From: a virus
Lineage: Duplodnaviria > Caudoviricetes
Virus record (IMG/VR): IMGVR_UViG_3300006127_001273
Span: 1 to 64,000 of that record
Direction: 5' to 3' (one strand)
Length of the DNA: 64,000 nt
Shown: positions 40,838 through 49,193 of the stretch, piece after piece
Layout: each line of letters begins with the position of its first letter
Numbering within the stretch: the stretch's first letter is position 1
Program-made: the position numbers and the translations under genes
The notes under the pieces: model-generated
The model's database searches: none
Seen by the model: only the letters and a program-made list of their open reading frames with translations
What the model was told of the DNA's origin: nothing

Positions 40838-41566
40838 ATGATTATCGAAAGTTTAAGAGCAAATGACCTAAGACATTTTGTAAGAAAAGTTTTTGAAATC
40901 GATTCTTATAAAAGTAAAATTGGGGACGAAGACGATATTATCACAGTAAGTTTTACTGTAACACAAGAAGAACCAGCAAAAGATCTTGAACATTTCATCG
41001 AAATGGGGTACGATTATGTACTCGACGCCGATGTTAGTCCAGGAGAAACTGACGATGGCACATATAAAGTGTATTTCGAAATCGAAAGAACGCGACATGC
41101 TGCAAAACAAATCCGCGAAATATTAAACGGTATGGAAAAAATTACCGGGATTGACGATTTTCGTTTTAGATATTTTAAAAGTTTTAAAAGTGTTGACGCA
41201 TCGACCGAAAATCTCGAAGCAGCAATTCCAACTAATTCCGAAGGGTACAGGCTAGCAGCTGAGAAACATAGCATAAATAGCTATAGTAATTTCTTTGTTA
41301 ATAGCTCATCCGACAATATTAGTGTTGCAAATGAATCTATTACATTTAAACGCTTGTATGCAGATCCGTTAACATTTGAAATTATTAGTAGCGGGCCAAA
41401 ACGCGAAGTATATGATACACTTCGCGGACCAATTATGTTAGAACACAAGGATATTGCCGAAGTGTTATATCTAACTAAGTCAATCGGTAATTATAATATT
41501 ACTAAAATAGGCAACGCTTTTGTATTCGAAAATAACGGCTGGGCCGTAGCATTGGAGAAAAAATAA
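40838..41566 (+). CDS. Hypothetical phage protein
   Basis: ATG at 40838 just after upstream stop (MIIESLRANDL...); coupled to endolysin. Confidence 0.65.
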   Translation: MIIESLRANDLRHFVRKVFEIDSYKSKIGDEDDIITVSFTVTQEEPAKDLEHFIEMGYDYVLDADVSPGETDDGTYKVYFEIERTRHAAKQIREILNGMEKITGIDDFRFRYFKSFKSVDASTENLEAAIPTNSEGYRLAAEKHSINSYSNFFVNSSSDNISVANESITFKRLYADPLTFEIISSGPKREVYDTLRGPIMLEHKDIAEVLYLTKSIGNYNITKIGNAFVFENNGWAVALEKK

Positions 41567-42198
41567 TGAGCGAAGGTTTTAAGTTTAACTTTACAAAAGA
41601 AAAATTAGCAAAGATTATTCCAGGTAATCCATATCTCGATAATTGGTATGAGGCACTTTCTAATATTCTTCCTAATTATGAAATTAATACTGCACCTCGA
41701 GTTGCTGCATTCTTAGCACAATGCGCACACGAATCGGGCGGTTTTAAGGCATTGAAAGAAAATCTAAATTATCGTGCGGTAACATTAAGAAAAGTATTTC
41801 CTAAGTATTTCCCAACTGATGCATTAGCAGCACAATATGCAGGACAACCTGAAAAGATTGCAAACAAAGTTTATGCTAATCGTATGGGAAATGGCGACGA
41901 AGCAAGTGGCGACGGGTTCCGTTATTGTGGTCGTGGCTTAATTCAATTAACTGGTAAAGAAAACTATTCTTGGTTTGCAGCAAGTATGGGGGTCGAAGTA
42001 GAAGATGTTGCAGAATATCTTTCCACATTCGAAGGCGCTGTTCAATCAGCTTGTTGGTTCTGGGAATCAAATAATCTTAACCAATATGCAGATAGCGGCG
42101 ATGTACTTACAATGACTAAGAGAATTAATGGTGGTACTATCGGTCTTGAAGATCGTAAGAAACACTATGCTCATGCAGTCCACGTATTACAAGGATAA
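41566..42198 (+). CDS. Endolysin, glycoside hydrolase family 19
   Basis: AAFLAQCAHESGGF, ENLNY, YANRMGNG, GRGLIQLTGKENY, SACWFW, TKRINGG.IGLEDR. Confidence 0.9.
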   Translation: MSEGFKFNFTKEKLAKIIPGNPYLDNWYEALSNILPNYEINTAPRVAAFLAQCAHESGGFKALKENLNYRAVTLRKVFPKYFPTDALAAQYAGQPEKIANKVYANRMGNGDEASGDGFRYCGRGLIQLTGKENYSWFAASMGVEVEDVAEYLSTFEGAVQSACWFWESNNLNQYADSGDVLTMTKRINGGTIGLEDRKKHYAHAVHVLQG

Positions 42199-42200
42199 AA

Positions 42201-42701
42201 ATGTTTTTAATACAATTCTTTGCTAGCAATTATCTATATTTGATAGTTGATGCAATATTATTAGCAGGCATTGCAGGATTCGTCGTTGCATATTTCTGCT
42301 TTTTTATTCCTATCCTAATACCGTACAGACCTACCATTAAACTTGTTTCAGTGGTGTTATTAATCGCCGGTTCATACTATAAAGGGTTGTTGCACACCGA
42401 AGAGGAATGGCAACAACGAATTGCTAGTGTTCAAGCGCAATTAAAAATCGCCGAAGAAAAATCTAAACAAGAAACTGTTAGAATCGAAACACAGGTAATA
42501 GAAAGGGTTAAAGTAGTAAAGGAAAAGGTCCATGAAAACAAAAAGGCAATCGAAAAACATAAAGCCGTTATTAATGCTGAGTGCAAGTTACCTGATGTTG
42601 CAAGGATGCTCTACAACCGTTCCGTTGTACATGAAATTCCCGGAAGCCCCACCAGTACTAATGCAACCGGCTCCGGAGTTAAAACCTCTAGATCAAAATG
42701 A
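42201..42701 (+). CDS. Putative i-spanin (Rz-like)
   Basis: N-terminal hydrophobic segments, then a coiled coil and C-terminal Cys; directly after endolysin; overlapped by a lipoprotein ORF. Confidence 0.65.
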   Translation: MFLIQFFASNYLYLIVDAILLAGIAGFVVAYFCFFIPILIPYRPTIKLVSVVLLIAGSYYKGLLHTEEEWQQRIASVQAQLKIAEEKSKQETVRIETQVIERVKVVKEKVHENKKAIEKHKAVINAECKLPDVARMLYNRSVVHEIPGSPTSTNATGSGVKTSRSK

Positions 42702-42831
42702 TAAGGATCTTAGCGATTTGCTTCAAAATGCTAACGATAATTATGGGAAGTATCATGAGCTTTCTATAAAATATCAAGCATGGCAAGAATGGTATAAAGT
42801 ACAACATGATATTTTTGAGGATATAAAATGA
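42532..42831 (+). CDS. Putative o-spanin (Rz1-like outer-membrane lipoprotein)
   Basis: Basic N-region, lipobox LQG-C, Pro-rich FPEAPPVLMQPAPELKPL; overlaps i-spanin in another frame. Confidence 0.7.
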   Translation: MKTKRQSKNIKPLLMLSASYLMLQGCSTTVPLYMKFPEAPPVLMQPAPELKPLDQNDKDLSDLLQNANDNYGKYHELSIKYQAWQEWYKVQHDIFEDIK

Positions 42832-43229
42832 GATTTTTAATGCTTATGTTATTACTTCCTCTTTCAGGATGTGCAGTAGTAGATGCTTACTTCATGGCTA
42901 AATTTGATTCGAACGAATATCAATTAATCAATCAAATCAAATCGGCTGCTGAAGCAAATGTTCAAAACTGTAACGATAGAGAGAAGATGAATCATGTGAC
43001 AGAATACTTGTTTGTTAAGGGAACAGAGTTTAAAAATTATACAGCTCAAATTCCACATAACGAAAAAGCAACTGTTCTTTCATCTGAAATCTATAAGGAG
43101 TTAATTGGATTGCATAATAGATATGCTGATCCTAAAAAGATTAGTGAAACGTATTGTAAGACGAAACTTTCTACTATAGAAGAATCGGCAAATACAATTC
43201 AAGAAGTTATAGGAGATAAACCTCGATGA
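42828..43229 (+). CDS. Lipoprotein
   Basis: MRFLMLMLLLPLSG-C lipobox. Confidence 0.7.
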   Translation: MRFLMLMLLLPLSGCAVVDAYFMAKFDSNEYQLINQIKSAAEANVQNCNDREKMNHVTEYLFVKGTEFKNYTAQIPHNEKATVLSSEIYKELIGLHNRYADPKKISETYCKTKLSTIEESANTIQEVIGDKPR

Positions 43230-43498
43230 GTACAACTAACGATATCTTATATGGATTGAGCGCATACGAAAATGCATCCGATCCAAAATTACAAAGCATT
43301 GCCCGTAATGCAAAGTCTTTAACAGAAAATTTTGCAAACGGCAGTTTAAGTGCGGATGAATACGGCGAACTTCTTCAAGATTTAGAAACACAAACAAGAA
43401 TCGTAGAAGGTGCGTCCGATTTAGCAGAACAAAAACAATTAAATACAATAGTAAACGCAGCAATTACTTTAGCGGCAATTGCAGCAAAAGCAATATAA
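43226..43498 (+). CDS. Hypothetical helical protein
   Basis: 90 aa, coupled to lipoprotein gene (ATGA overlap). Confidence 0.6.
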   Translation: MSTTNDILYGLSAYENASDPKLQSIARNAKSLTENFANGSLSADEYGELLQDLETQTRIVEGASDLAEQKQLNTIVNAAITLAAIAAKAI

Positions 43499-43516
43499 TA
43501 ACATAAGGAGCGAATT

Positions 43517-43972
43517 ATGGCAGATCAAAACAGTACAATTACAGACAAGTGGCGTCCTATGATGGGATGGACTTACATGGCAACATGTTTGTTCGATTTT
43601 ATCATTGGTCCAGTAACTTACAATGTTTTACAATTTTTAAACCCGGGACAACACGTTGATATGTGGCAAGCAATCACATTACAAGGCGGCGGATTATATC
43701 ACTTATCAATGGGTGCAGTATTAGGCATTTCAGCATATGGTCGTACACAAGAGAAGATTAACGGTGCAGCAACACCAACTCCTCCTGCGGCGCCAGCAGC
43801 ACCGATTGCGCCTGCTCCGGTAGCACCTGCGCCAGTGTATGCACAACCTGCTCCGGTAGCACCAGCACCAGTATATGCACAACCAGCACCAGTAGCACCA
43901 GTTGCACCTGCTCCAGTTGTTAGCACAGCGTTTGGTCCAGGTCCTGCACCACAAGTTGACGAACCACTATAG
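43517..43972 (+). CDS. Holin (GTA_holin_3TM-like) with Pro/Ala-rich tail
   Basis: WRPMMGWTYMATCLFDF..., MGAVLGISAYGRTQEK; AGGAG RBS; in lysis cassette. Confidence 0.7.
   Translation: MADQNSTITDKWRPMMGWTYMATCLFDFIIGPVTYNVLQFLNPGQHVDMWQAITLQGGGLYHLSMGAVLGISAYGRTQEKINGAATPTPPAAPAAPIAPAPVAPAPVYAQPAPVAPAPVYAQPAPVAPVAPAPVVSTAFGPGPAPQVDEPL
43811..43900 (+). repeat. 36-bp tandem repeat x2.5 (PAPVAPAPVYAQ)
   Basis: cctgctccggtagcacc...tatgcacaa units at 43811, 43847 and partial at 43883. Confidence 0.8.
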
Positions 43973-43980
43973 GAGTAATT

Positions 43981-44232
43981 ATGAAACATTTATTAGCAAT
44001 CTTTTTAACCGGATTCTTAACAGTAAGCGTAGCAAGCGCATGTGAACATGACAAGGCACCGGCAAAGGCAGAAGCATCTAAGGAAGCAGCAAAAGAAGCA
44101 CCAAAGGCAGCTGAAGACTTTAAGGAAGGCGAAGTTAAGAAAGTTTGTGTTGTAATCAATGGCAAAGAAAAATGCAAGAACATGAAGATGCATCACAAGT
44201 TTGAAGGCACTAAAGTACCTGCAAAGAAGTAA
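43981..44232 (+). CDS. Small secreted/periplasmic protein
   Basis: Sec signal peptide (MKHLLAIFLTGFLTVSVASA), K/E/A-rich, Cys pair in C-terminal hairpin; AGGAG RBS. Confidence 0.65.
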   Translation: MKHLLAIFLTGFLTVSVASACEHDKAPAKAEASKEAAKEAPKAAEDFKEGEVKKVCVVINGKEKCKNMKMHHKFEGTKVPAKK

Positions 44233-44245
44233 GACAATCAAAGAT

Positions 44246-44302
44246 TTGACAGGTCAAGGTTAATGTAGTATAATTATACTATATTACTTGACCTGTTTTT
44301 TT
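44246..44302 (+). promoter_or_regulatory. sigma70 promoter embedded in a long palindrome/terminator upstream of dnaJ-clpA
   Basis: TTGACA (44246-44251), 17 nt spacer, TATAAT (44269-44274); inverted repeat ACAGGTCAAG..TAATGTAGTATAA|TTATACTATATTA.CTTGACCTGT followed by a T-run. Confidence 0.7.
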
Positions 44303-44317
44303 GAGTAGAGGGCCAAT

Positions 44318-45175
44318 ATGCAGAATTACTATGAAACACTCGGAGTTAGCGAAAATGCTTCTCCTGACGAAATTAAAAAGGCTTATAGAAGTCTTGCTAT
44401 GAAACATCACCCGGATAGAGGCGGTGATCAAACTAAATTTAAAGACATTTCAGCGGCATACGATACATTAAACGATCCGCAAAAGAAAGCCGAATACGAC
44501 CAGCTGCGGATGGGCGGACCGCAAATGCACTTTGGAGGCGGAAGTCCGTTTGGTGCTCACTTCCATGACATTTTTGGAAACGGGGGTCCATTTAGTGCCC
44601 ACTTCCACGATGTGTTCGGGAGACAGCATCCTCATATGCAACGAAATCGAGATTTGAACATTCAATGCCAAATAACACTTCTTGAATCATATCAGGGAAA
44701 ACAATTAGAAGCGGCATACAACCTTCCTAGCGGTAAGCCACAGACTGTAGTAATTAATGTACCTGCCGGTGTTGAAAATGGAGCAACTATACGCTACCAA
44801 GGGCTCGGAGACGATTCTAATCCTGCTGCACCTCGAGGAAATCTAAATGTTACAATATTAGTAGCACCTGATAATCGATTTACTAGACACGGAGACGACC
44901 TGTATACTACACTTGATATCAACCCAATCGAAGCCATGATCGGGTGTAAAAAGAAACTGCAATTAATTACTGGACAAAAAATGGAATTGGATGTTCGTGC
45001 AGGAGTTGAAACCGGAACTGAATTCGCAAGTCAAGGTAAAGGATTTACTAATCCCCATACTGGGCACAAAGGACGGTTTGTGATCATCATTAATATTAAA
45101 ACTCCGGCAATCACCAATCCGGCAATTGTATCAAAACTACGACATATTAACAAGGAGATCACTGGATCTGATTGA
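44318..45175 (+). CDS. dnaJ: DnaJ/CbpA-type co-chaperone (no Zn finger)
   Basis: J-domain NYYETLGV..IKKAYRSLAMKHHPD, G/F-rich linker, DnaJ C-terminal domain (GDDLYTTLDI, PAGVENG). Confidence 0.9.
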   Translation: MQNYYETLGVSENASPDEIKKAYRSLAMKHHPDRGGDQTKFKDISAAYDTLNDPQKKAEYDQLRMGGPQMHFGGGSPFGAHFHDIFGNGGPFSAHFHDVFGRQHPHMQRNRDLNIQCQITLLESYQGKQLEAAYNLPSGKPQTVVINVPAGVENGATIRYQGLGDDSNPAAPRGNLNVTILVAPDNRFTRHGDDLYTTLDINPIEAMIGCKKKLQLITGQKMELDVRAGVETGTEFASQGKGFTNPHTGHKGRFVIIINIKTPAITNPAIVSKLRHINKEITGSD

Positions 45176-45200
45176 CTACACCCATTACATATGCTATTAT
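45172..45200 (+). promoter_or_regulatory. sigma70 promoter for clpA
   Basis: TTGACT (45172-45177, contains the dnaJ stop), 17 nt spacer, TGnTATTAT. Confidence 0.5.
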
Positions 45201-45233
45201 CAAACATCATAAACATTTTTAGAGGAAAACATA

Positions 45234-47495
45234 ATGGTTGAACCAAGTGATAACCTACAGGCAGTTTTTGAACGAGCTGTCGAAACTGCTAAGAAATTGC
45301 ATCACGAATATCTCACTGTTGAACATATTTTATATGCTATGCTCGAAGAAGATGCATTTTCTAAATGTATCGCAGGGTATGGAGCGAATCCCACTAACTT
45401 TAAAAGTAATATTTCAGATTACTTAACTACTAAGTGTAAAGATATCACTACACAAGAAGTTGTCGTAAAACCAAAGAAGACACAAACTGTAGAACGTGTT
45501 CTTAATCGAGCATTTACGCAAGTGCTGTTTAATGGTCGTCAAAAAATTGAACCTACCGATGTTTTCCTCGCAATGTTGAGTGAAAAGAAGTCATGGGCAT
45601 TCTATTACACACAACAGGCAGAAATCGATAAAGACAAGTTTGCCGATTATCTTAACAATTCAGTCGACGAAGAGGAAGAAATGGATCAACCAGATACAGG
45701 AAGTAATAAAGCACTAAATGCGTATACCACAAATCTTAACGAACAAGTTAATAAGGGTAAAGTTGATCCCGTTATCGGTCGAGTTGACGAACTTGAAAAT
45801 ATTGCACTTGCACTTGGACGCCGCAGTAAAAACAACGTAATTCTTGTAGGCGATCCTGGAGTAGGTAAGACTGCTATTGCTGAGGGGCTTGCATATAATA
45901 TTGTTAAAGGCGCAGTCCCGGCATTCCTTAAAGATTACACCGTTTATAACCTCGACATTAGCGCAATGCTTGCAGGTAGTAAATACCGAGGCGATTTTGA
46001 AGAAAGGTTTAAACAAGTACTCAAGGCACTACAAAAGAAAGGGCAAGCAGTATTGTTCATCGACGAAGCACACATGATGAACGGTGCAGGTTCAGGAGGT
46101 AATAGTGCAAACGACCTTGCTAATATGATGAAACCTGCACTTAGTAAGGGAAACATCAAGGTTATTGCATCTACTACCTGGGAAGAATATCGCAAACATT
46201 TCGAAAAGGACCGTGCGTTAATGCGTCGATTCCAACGTATTACTATCGACGAACCTACACAAGAAGTAACATTGCAGATTCTTAAAGGCATTAAAAAGTA
46301 TTATGAACAACATCACAATGTTAAAATCAAGGATGATGCACTCCAGGCTGCAATTAAGTTGTCAGTTAAATATCAGGCAGATAAGAAACTTCCAGATAAG
46401 GCAATCGATCTTATTGACTGTGCATGTTCTCGATTCCATCTAAAGATTGCCGAAGATAGAGTCATCGGTGAACACGAAATTCAGTTCGAACTTAGCAAGA
46501 TGGTAAATCTTCCTGAAGAGCAAGTAATGGAAACCGAAAGTGTGTGCTTGTCAAAATTGCAACAAGGGCTCGAAGCCGATGTTTACGGTCAGGATCTTGC
46601 AATCGAAGAAGTTGTTGACAAGATTATTGTTGCACAGGCAGGACTTAAATCCGAAAACAAGCCAGTTGGATCATTTGTATTCATGGGCCCAACTGGCTGC
46701 GGTAAAACTGAGACTGCAAAATCACTTGCAAAGCACCTTGGGGTAAAACTAATTCGCTTTGATATGAGCGAATACCAGGAACAGCATAGTGTTAGTAAGT
46801 TGATCGGTAGTCCACCGGGGTATGTAGGCTTTGAAGAGAATGCAGGGCAACTTATTACACAGATTCAAGAACACCCAAATGCTGTGCTATTGCTCGATGA
46901 AGTTGAAAAAGCGCACCCAGATGTTACAACTGTTCTGTTGCAGTTAATGGATAATGGATTTGTAACCGGATCTAATGGTAAGAAAGCCGATTGTCGAAAT
47001 GTTATCCTTATTCTTACTACAAATGCAGGTGCGCAGGCTGCTGAAAAAAATGCAATCGGATTTGGAACACAACAAAAAGATTACAGTGACGGTGATCTTA
47101 AGAAGTTCTTCACTCCGGAGTTTCGCAATAGACTCGATGGCATCGTAACATTTAATAGACTCGATAAAACTACTTCTATTAAAATTGTTCATAAGTTTAT
47201 CGACGAATTACAAGGAATGATTAAGGAGAAGGGCATTAAGATTAAGATCAATAAGGAAGCAGTTAATTGGCTTATCGAAAAAGGGTTTGATGACAAAATG
47301 GGTGCAAGGCCGTTACAACGAGTCATTGACAAAGAAATTAAAAGAGATCTTGCTAAAATGATGTTGTTTGGTGATCTTAAGAACGGCGGTCAAGTATCAA
47401 TCACAATCGTAGATGATGCAATTACTCTTGTTGCAAAGCCAAAGGTATCTAAGATCCCGTTGCTTACTACTGAGATTGTAAATGATCCAGTATAA
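45234..47495 (+). CDS. clpA: ATP-dependent Clp protease ATP-binding subunit ClpA
   Basis: Clp N-domain (HEYLTVEHIL), two AAA+ modules (GDPGVGKT, GPTGCGKT), RFDMSEY, IGF ClpP-docking loop, no long M-domain. Confidence 0.92.
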   Translation: MVEPSDNLQAVFERAVETAKKLHHEYLTVEHILYAMLEEDAFSKCIAGYGANPTNFKSNISDYLTTKCKDITTQEVVVKPKKTQTVERVLNRAFTQVLFNGRQKIEPTDVFLAMLSEKKSWAFYYTQQAEIDKDKFADYLNNSVDEEEEMDQPDTGSNKALNAYTTNLNEQVNKGKVDPVIGRVDELENIALALGRRSKNNVILVGDPGVGKTAIAEGLAYNIVKGAVPAFLKDYTVYNLDISAMLAGSKYRGDFEERFKQVLKALQKKGQAVLFIDEAHMMNGAGSGGNSANDLANMMKPALSKGNIKVIASTTWEEYRKHFEKDRALMRRFQRITIDEPTQEVTLQILKGIKKYYEQHHNVKIKDDALQAAIKLSVKYQADKKLPDKAIDLIDCACSRFHLKIAEDRVIGEHEIQFELSKMVNLPEEQVMETESVCLSKLQQGLEADVYGQDLAIEEVVDKIIVAQAGLKSENKPVGSFVFMGPTGCGKTETAKSLAKHLGVKLIRFDMSEYQEQHSVSKLIGSPPGYVGFEENAGQLITQIQEHPNAVLLLDEVEKAHPDVTTVLLQLMDNGFVTGSNGKKADCRNVILILTTNAGAQAAEKNAIGFGTQQKDYSDGDLKKFFTPEFRNRLDGIVTFNRLDKTTSIKIVHKFIDELQGMIKEKGIKIKINKEAVNWLIEKGFDDKMGARPLQRVIDKEIKRDLAKMMLFGDLKNGGQVSITIVDDAITLVAKPKVSKIPLLTTEIVNDPV

Positions 47496-48102
47496 GGAAA
47501 TGAAGAAATTGTACTTGGGCAAATACCAGCATAAAATTATGCTGGTGGTCCAAGGGGCTCATTACCTTCGAGGAGGAAATTTAGATAACTCAGTTGATCG
47601 AATAATTTCTAGTAGAGATGATTACGATTACTATGGTACTAAGAACCGGGCAACTCGACCACAAGATTACGAGCTGTTACTAAACATAATTGACACACTA
47701 CGTGGTATCGAAGATTTTACCGTTCGAGTAGAGAAATGTTATCTTTCTATATATGTTAACAAACCTAACCACATTGGTTGGCTTAAGAAGGTAGGCGGAA
47801 ATGCCGTACGAGAAATTCATTTTCCAAAAGTAGAATTAACAGTAGGATCAGTTGTATCAACCTTGCCGTATGATTACAAAGTTCATGCTCAAATCAATCG
47901 TAATACCGATTACGAAGGATTTATTAACTGGGCACAAGATAACACAAATTTACGTGTTCCGCCGAGATCACTTCGGACGCTACAGCACATGAATTATTCT
48001 CAACATATTTACTTTTATGTAACCGGCGAAAAAAACTTAACTATGGCAAAGATACATCTCGGAGCCGGTGTTAAGCAAGTTGAAAAAATAATCAATCCAT
48101 AA
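47482..48102 (+). CDS. Hypothetical protein
   Basis: 206-aa ORF overlapping clpA end. Confidence 0.6.
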   Translation: MIQYKEMKKLYLGKYQHKIMLVVQGAHYLRGGNLDNSVDRIISSRDDYDYYGTKNRATRPQDYELLLNIIDTLRGIEDFTVRVEKCYLSIYVNKPNHIGWLKKVGGNAVREIHFPKVELTVGSVVSTLPYDYKVHAQINRNTDYEGFINWAQDNTNLRVPPRSLRTLQHMNYSQHIYFYVTGEKNLTMAKIHLGAGVKQVEKIINP

Positions 48103-48108
48103 TTTAAT

Positions 48109-48165
48109 CTTGATATTGCGGATAAATAACATATCCGCAATTTTTCTTGCGACTGTAATATCAAG
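48109..48165 (+). terminator. Hairpin/terminator containing a late promoter
   Basis: ATTGCGGATA-AATAACA-TATCCGCAAT-TTTT with GATAAATA at 48121-48128; outer CTTGATATT/AATATCAAG inverted repeat. Confidence 0.6.
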
Positions 48166-48175
48166 GTTTTAAATT

Positions 48176-48535
48176 ATGCGCATACAAGATTTGTTTGAAA
48201 ATAAAATAGACGGTTTTATCGAATATAAGAATGGCAAACCGGAATTAAAATTCGATTTAGCCGAAGATTTAGTATACTTCATGCACAACGACGACGAAAG
48301 TTATCGTAGACATGTATATCCAGTCATCGCAATGTGTTTGAAGAAAAATCAAAAGAATGAAACATTTAGTCCGGAAATTTTTCGAAAAGCAACTTTAGAA
48401 TGCTATAAGAATTACTTAACGCAATTTCCAATCCGAGAACTTCCTGAAGAGTTAGACGAAAAGTTAACCAAAAAAGTTTGTGAAAAATTACACGAAGAGT
48501 TTAATGAACACATTCGCGACGACAAATATAACTAA
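48176..48535 (+). CDS. Hypothetical protein, putative head-packaged (MRIQDLFE N-terminus)
   Basis: 119 aa; N-terminal motif shared with neighbours; late promoter upstream. Confidence 0.6.
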   Translation: MRIQDLFENKIDGFIEYKNGKPELKFDLAEDLVYFMHNDDESYRRHVYPVIAMCLKKNQKNETFSPEIFRKATLECYKNYLTQFPIRELPEELDEKLTKKVCEKLHEEFNEHIRDDKYN

Positions 48536-48544
48536 GGAATCATT

Positions 48545-48931
48545 ATGAAAATTCACGAAATTATTTTAGAAAGTGATACCCCGGCAAATCCTAACAAAAT
48601 GCCAAAAGATCAAGTTGCAGCATTTAAAGGTGCCATTAGTATGCCCGGTATTAGTATGAACAAATCGAACGGTAGTTCATATCTACAGTACCGTTTCGGG
48701 CTTGCGTTAGCCGGTGCACCAGAATATCCAACACAAGCAGCAGGTGCATTTGCAGGTGATCCATTATTATCCACTTATACTGATGAAGAATTAGAAATGA
48801 TTAATTCTGCTTCTAAAATGGTCGGAGCGGGCCCTGTTAAAAAATTAGGTAGCAATCGAAGCACTGAATTAGATAACACTAATAAAACATCACCAGTTGC
48901 AAAAATTAAAAAGAACAAATACGGTATCTAA
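48545..48931 (+). CDS. Hypothetical protein, putative head-packaged (MKIHEIILE N-terminus)
   Basis: 128 aa; shared N-terminal motif ending ILE. Confidence 0.6.
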   Translation: MKIHEIILESDTPANPNKMPKDQVAAFKGAISMPGISMNKSNGSSYLQYRFGLALAGAPEYPTQAAGAFAGDPLLSTYTDEELEMINSASKMVGAGPVKKLGSNRSTELDNTNKTSPVAKIKKNKYGI

Positions 48932-49191
48932 TGAAACAGTATCGAATCACATCGCAAAATATCCCAACAACTTCCAACGAAGATTGTTATATTGCACCTG
49001 ACGATCCTGTCCACGAACTAATTGCTGTTCAAGTAATGGATGGGTTGGGCGCACAAGTAAGATTAGACGAATACAGATCAAAAAATGCTTTTCCTAAAAT
49101 AGAATGTGATAAAGGACGATACCAACGAGAAAATAATGTACAACCAGGAACTCCGGCATGGTTTGAATTATGGTACGGCGATAAGAGATAA
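48931..49191 (+). CDS. Hypothetical protein
   Basis: 86 aa, NVQPGTPAWFELW C-terminal motif; translationally coupled. Confidence 0.6.
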   Translation: MKQYRITSQNIPTTSNEDCYIAPDDPVHELIAVQVMDGLGAQVRLDEYRSKNAFPKIECDKGRYQRENNVQPGTPAWFELWYGDKR

Positions 49192-49193
49192 TA

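Noticed and set aside
44246-44302. CIRCE or HAIR heat-shock operator before dnaJ
   Set aside because: The inverted repeat matches neither TTAGCACTC-N9-GAGTGCTAA nor CTTGAGT-N7-ACTCAAG
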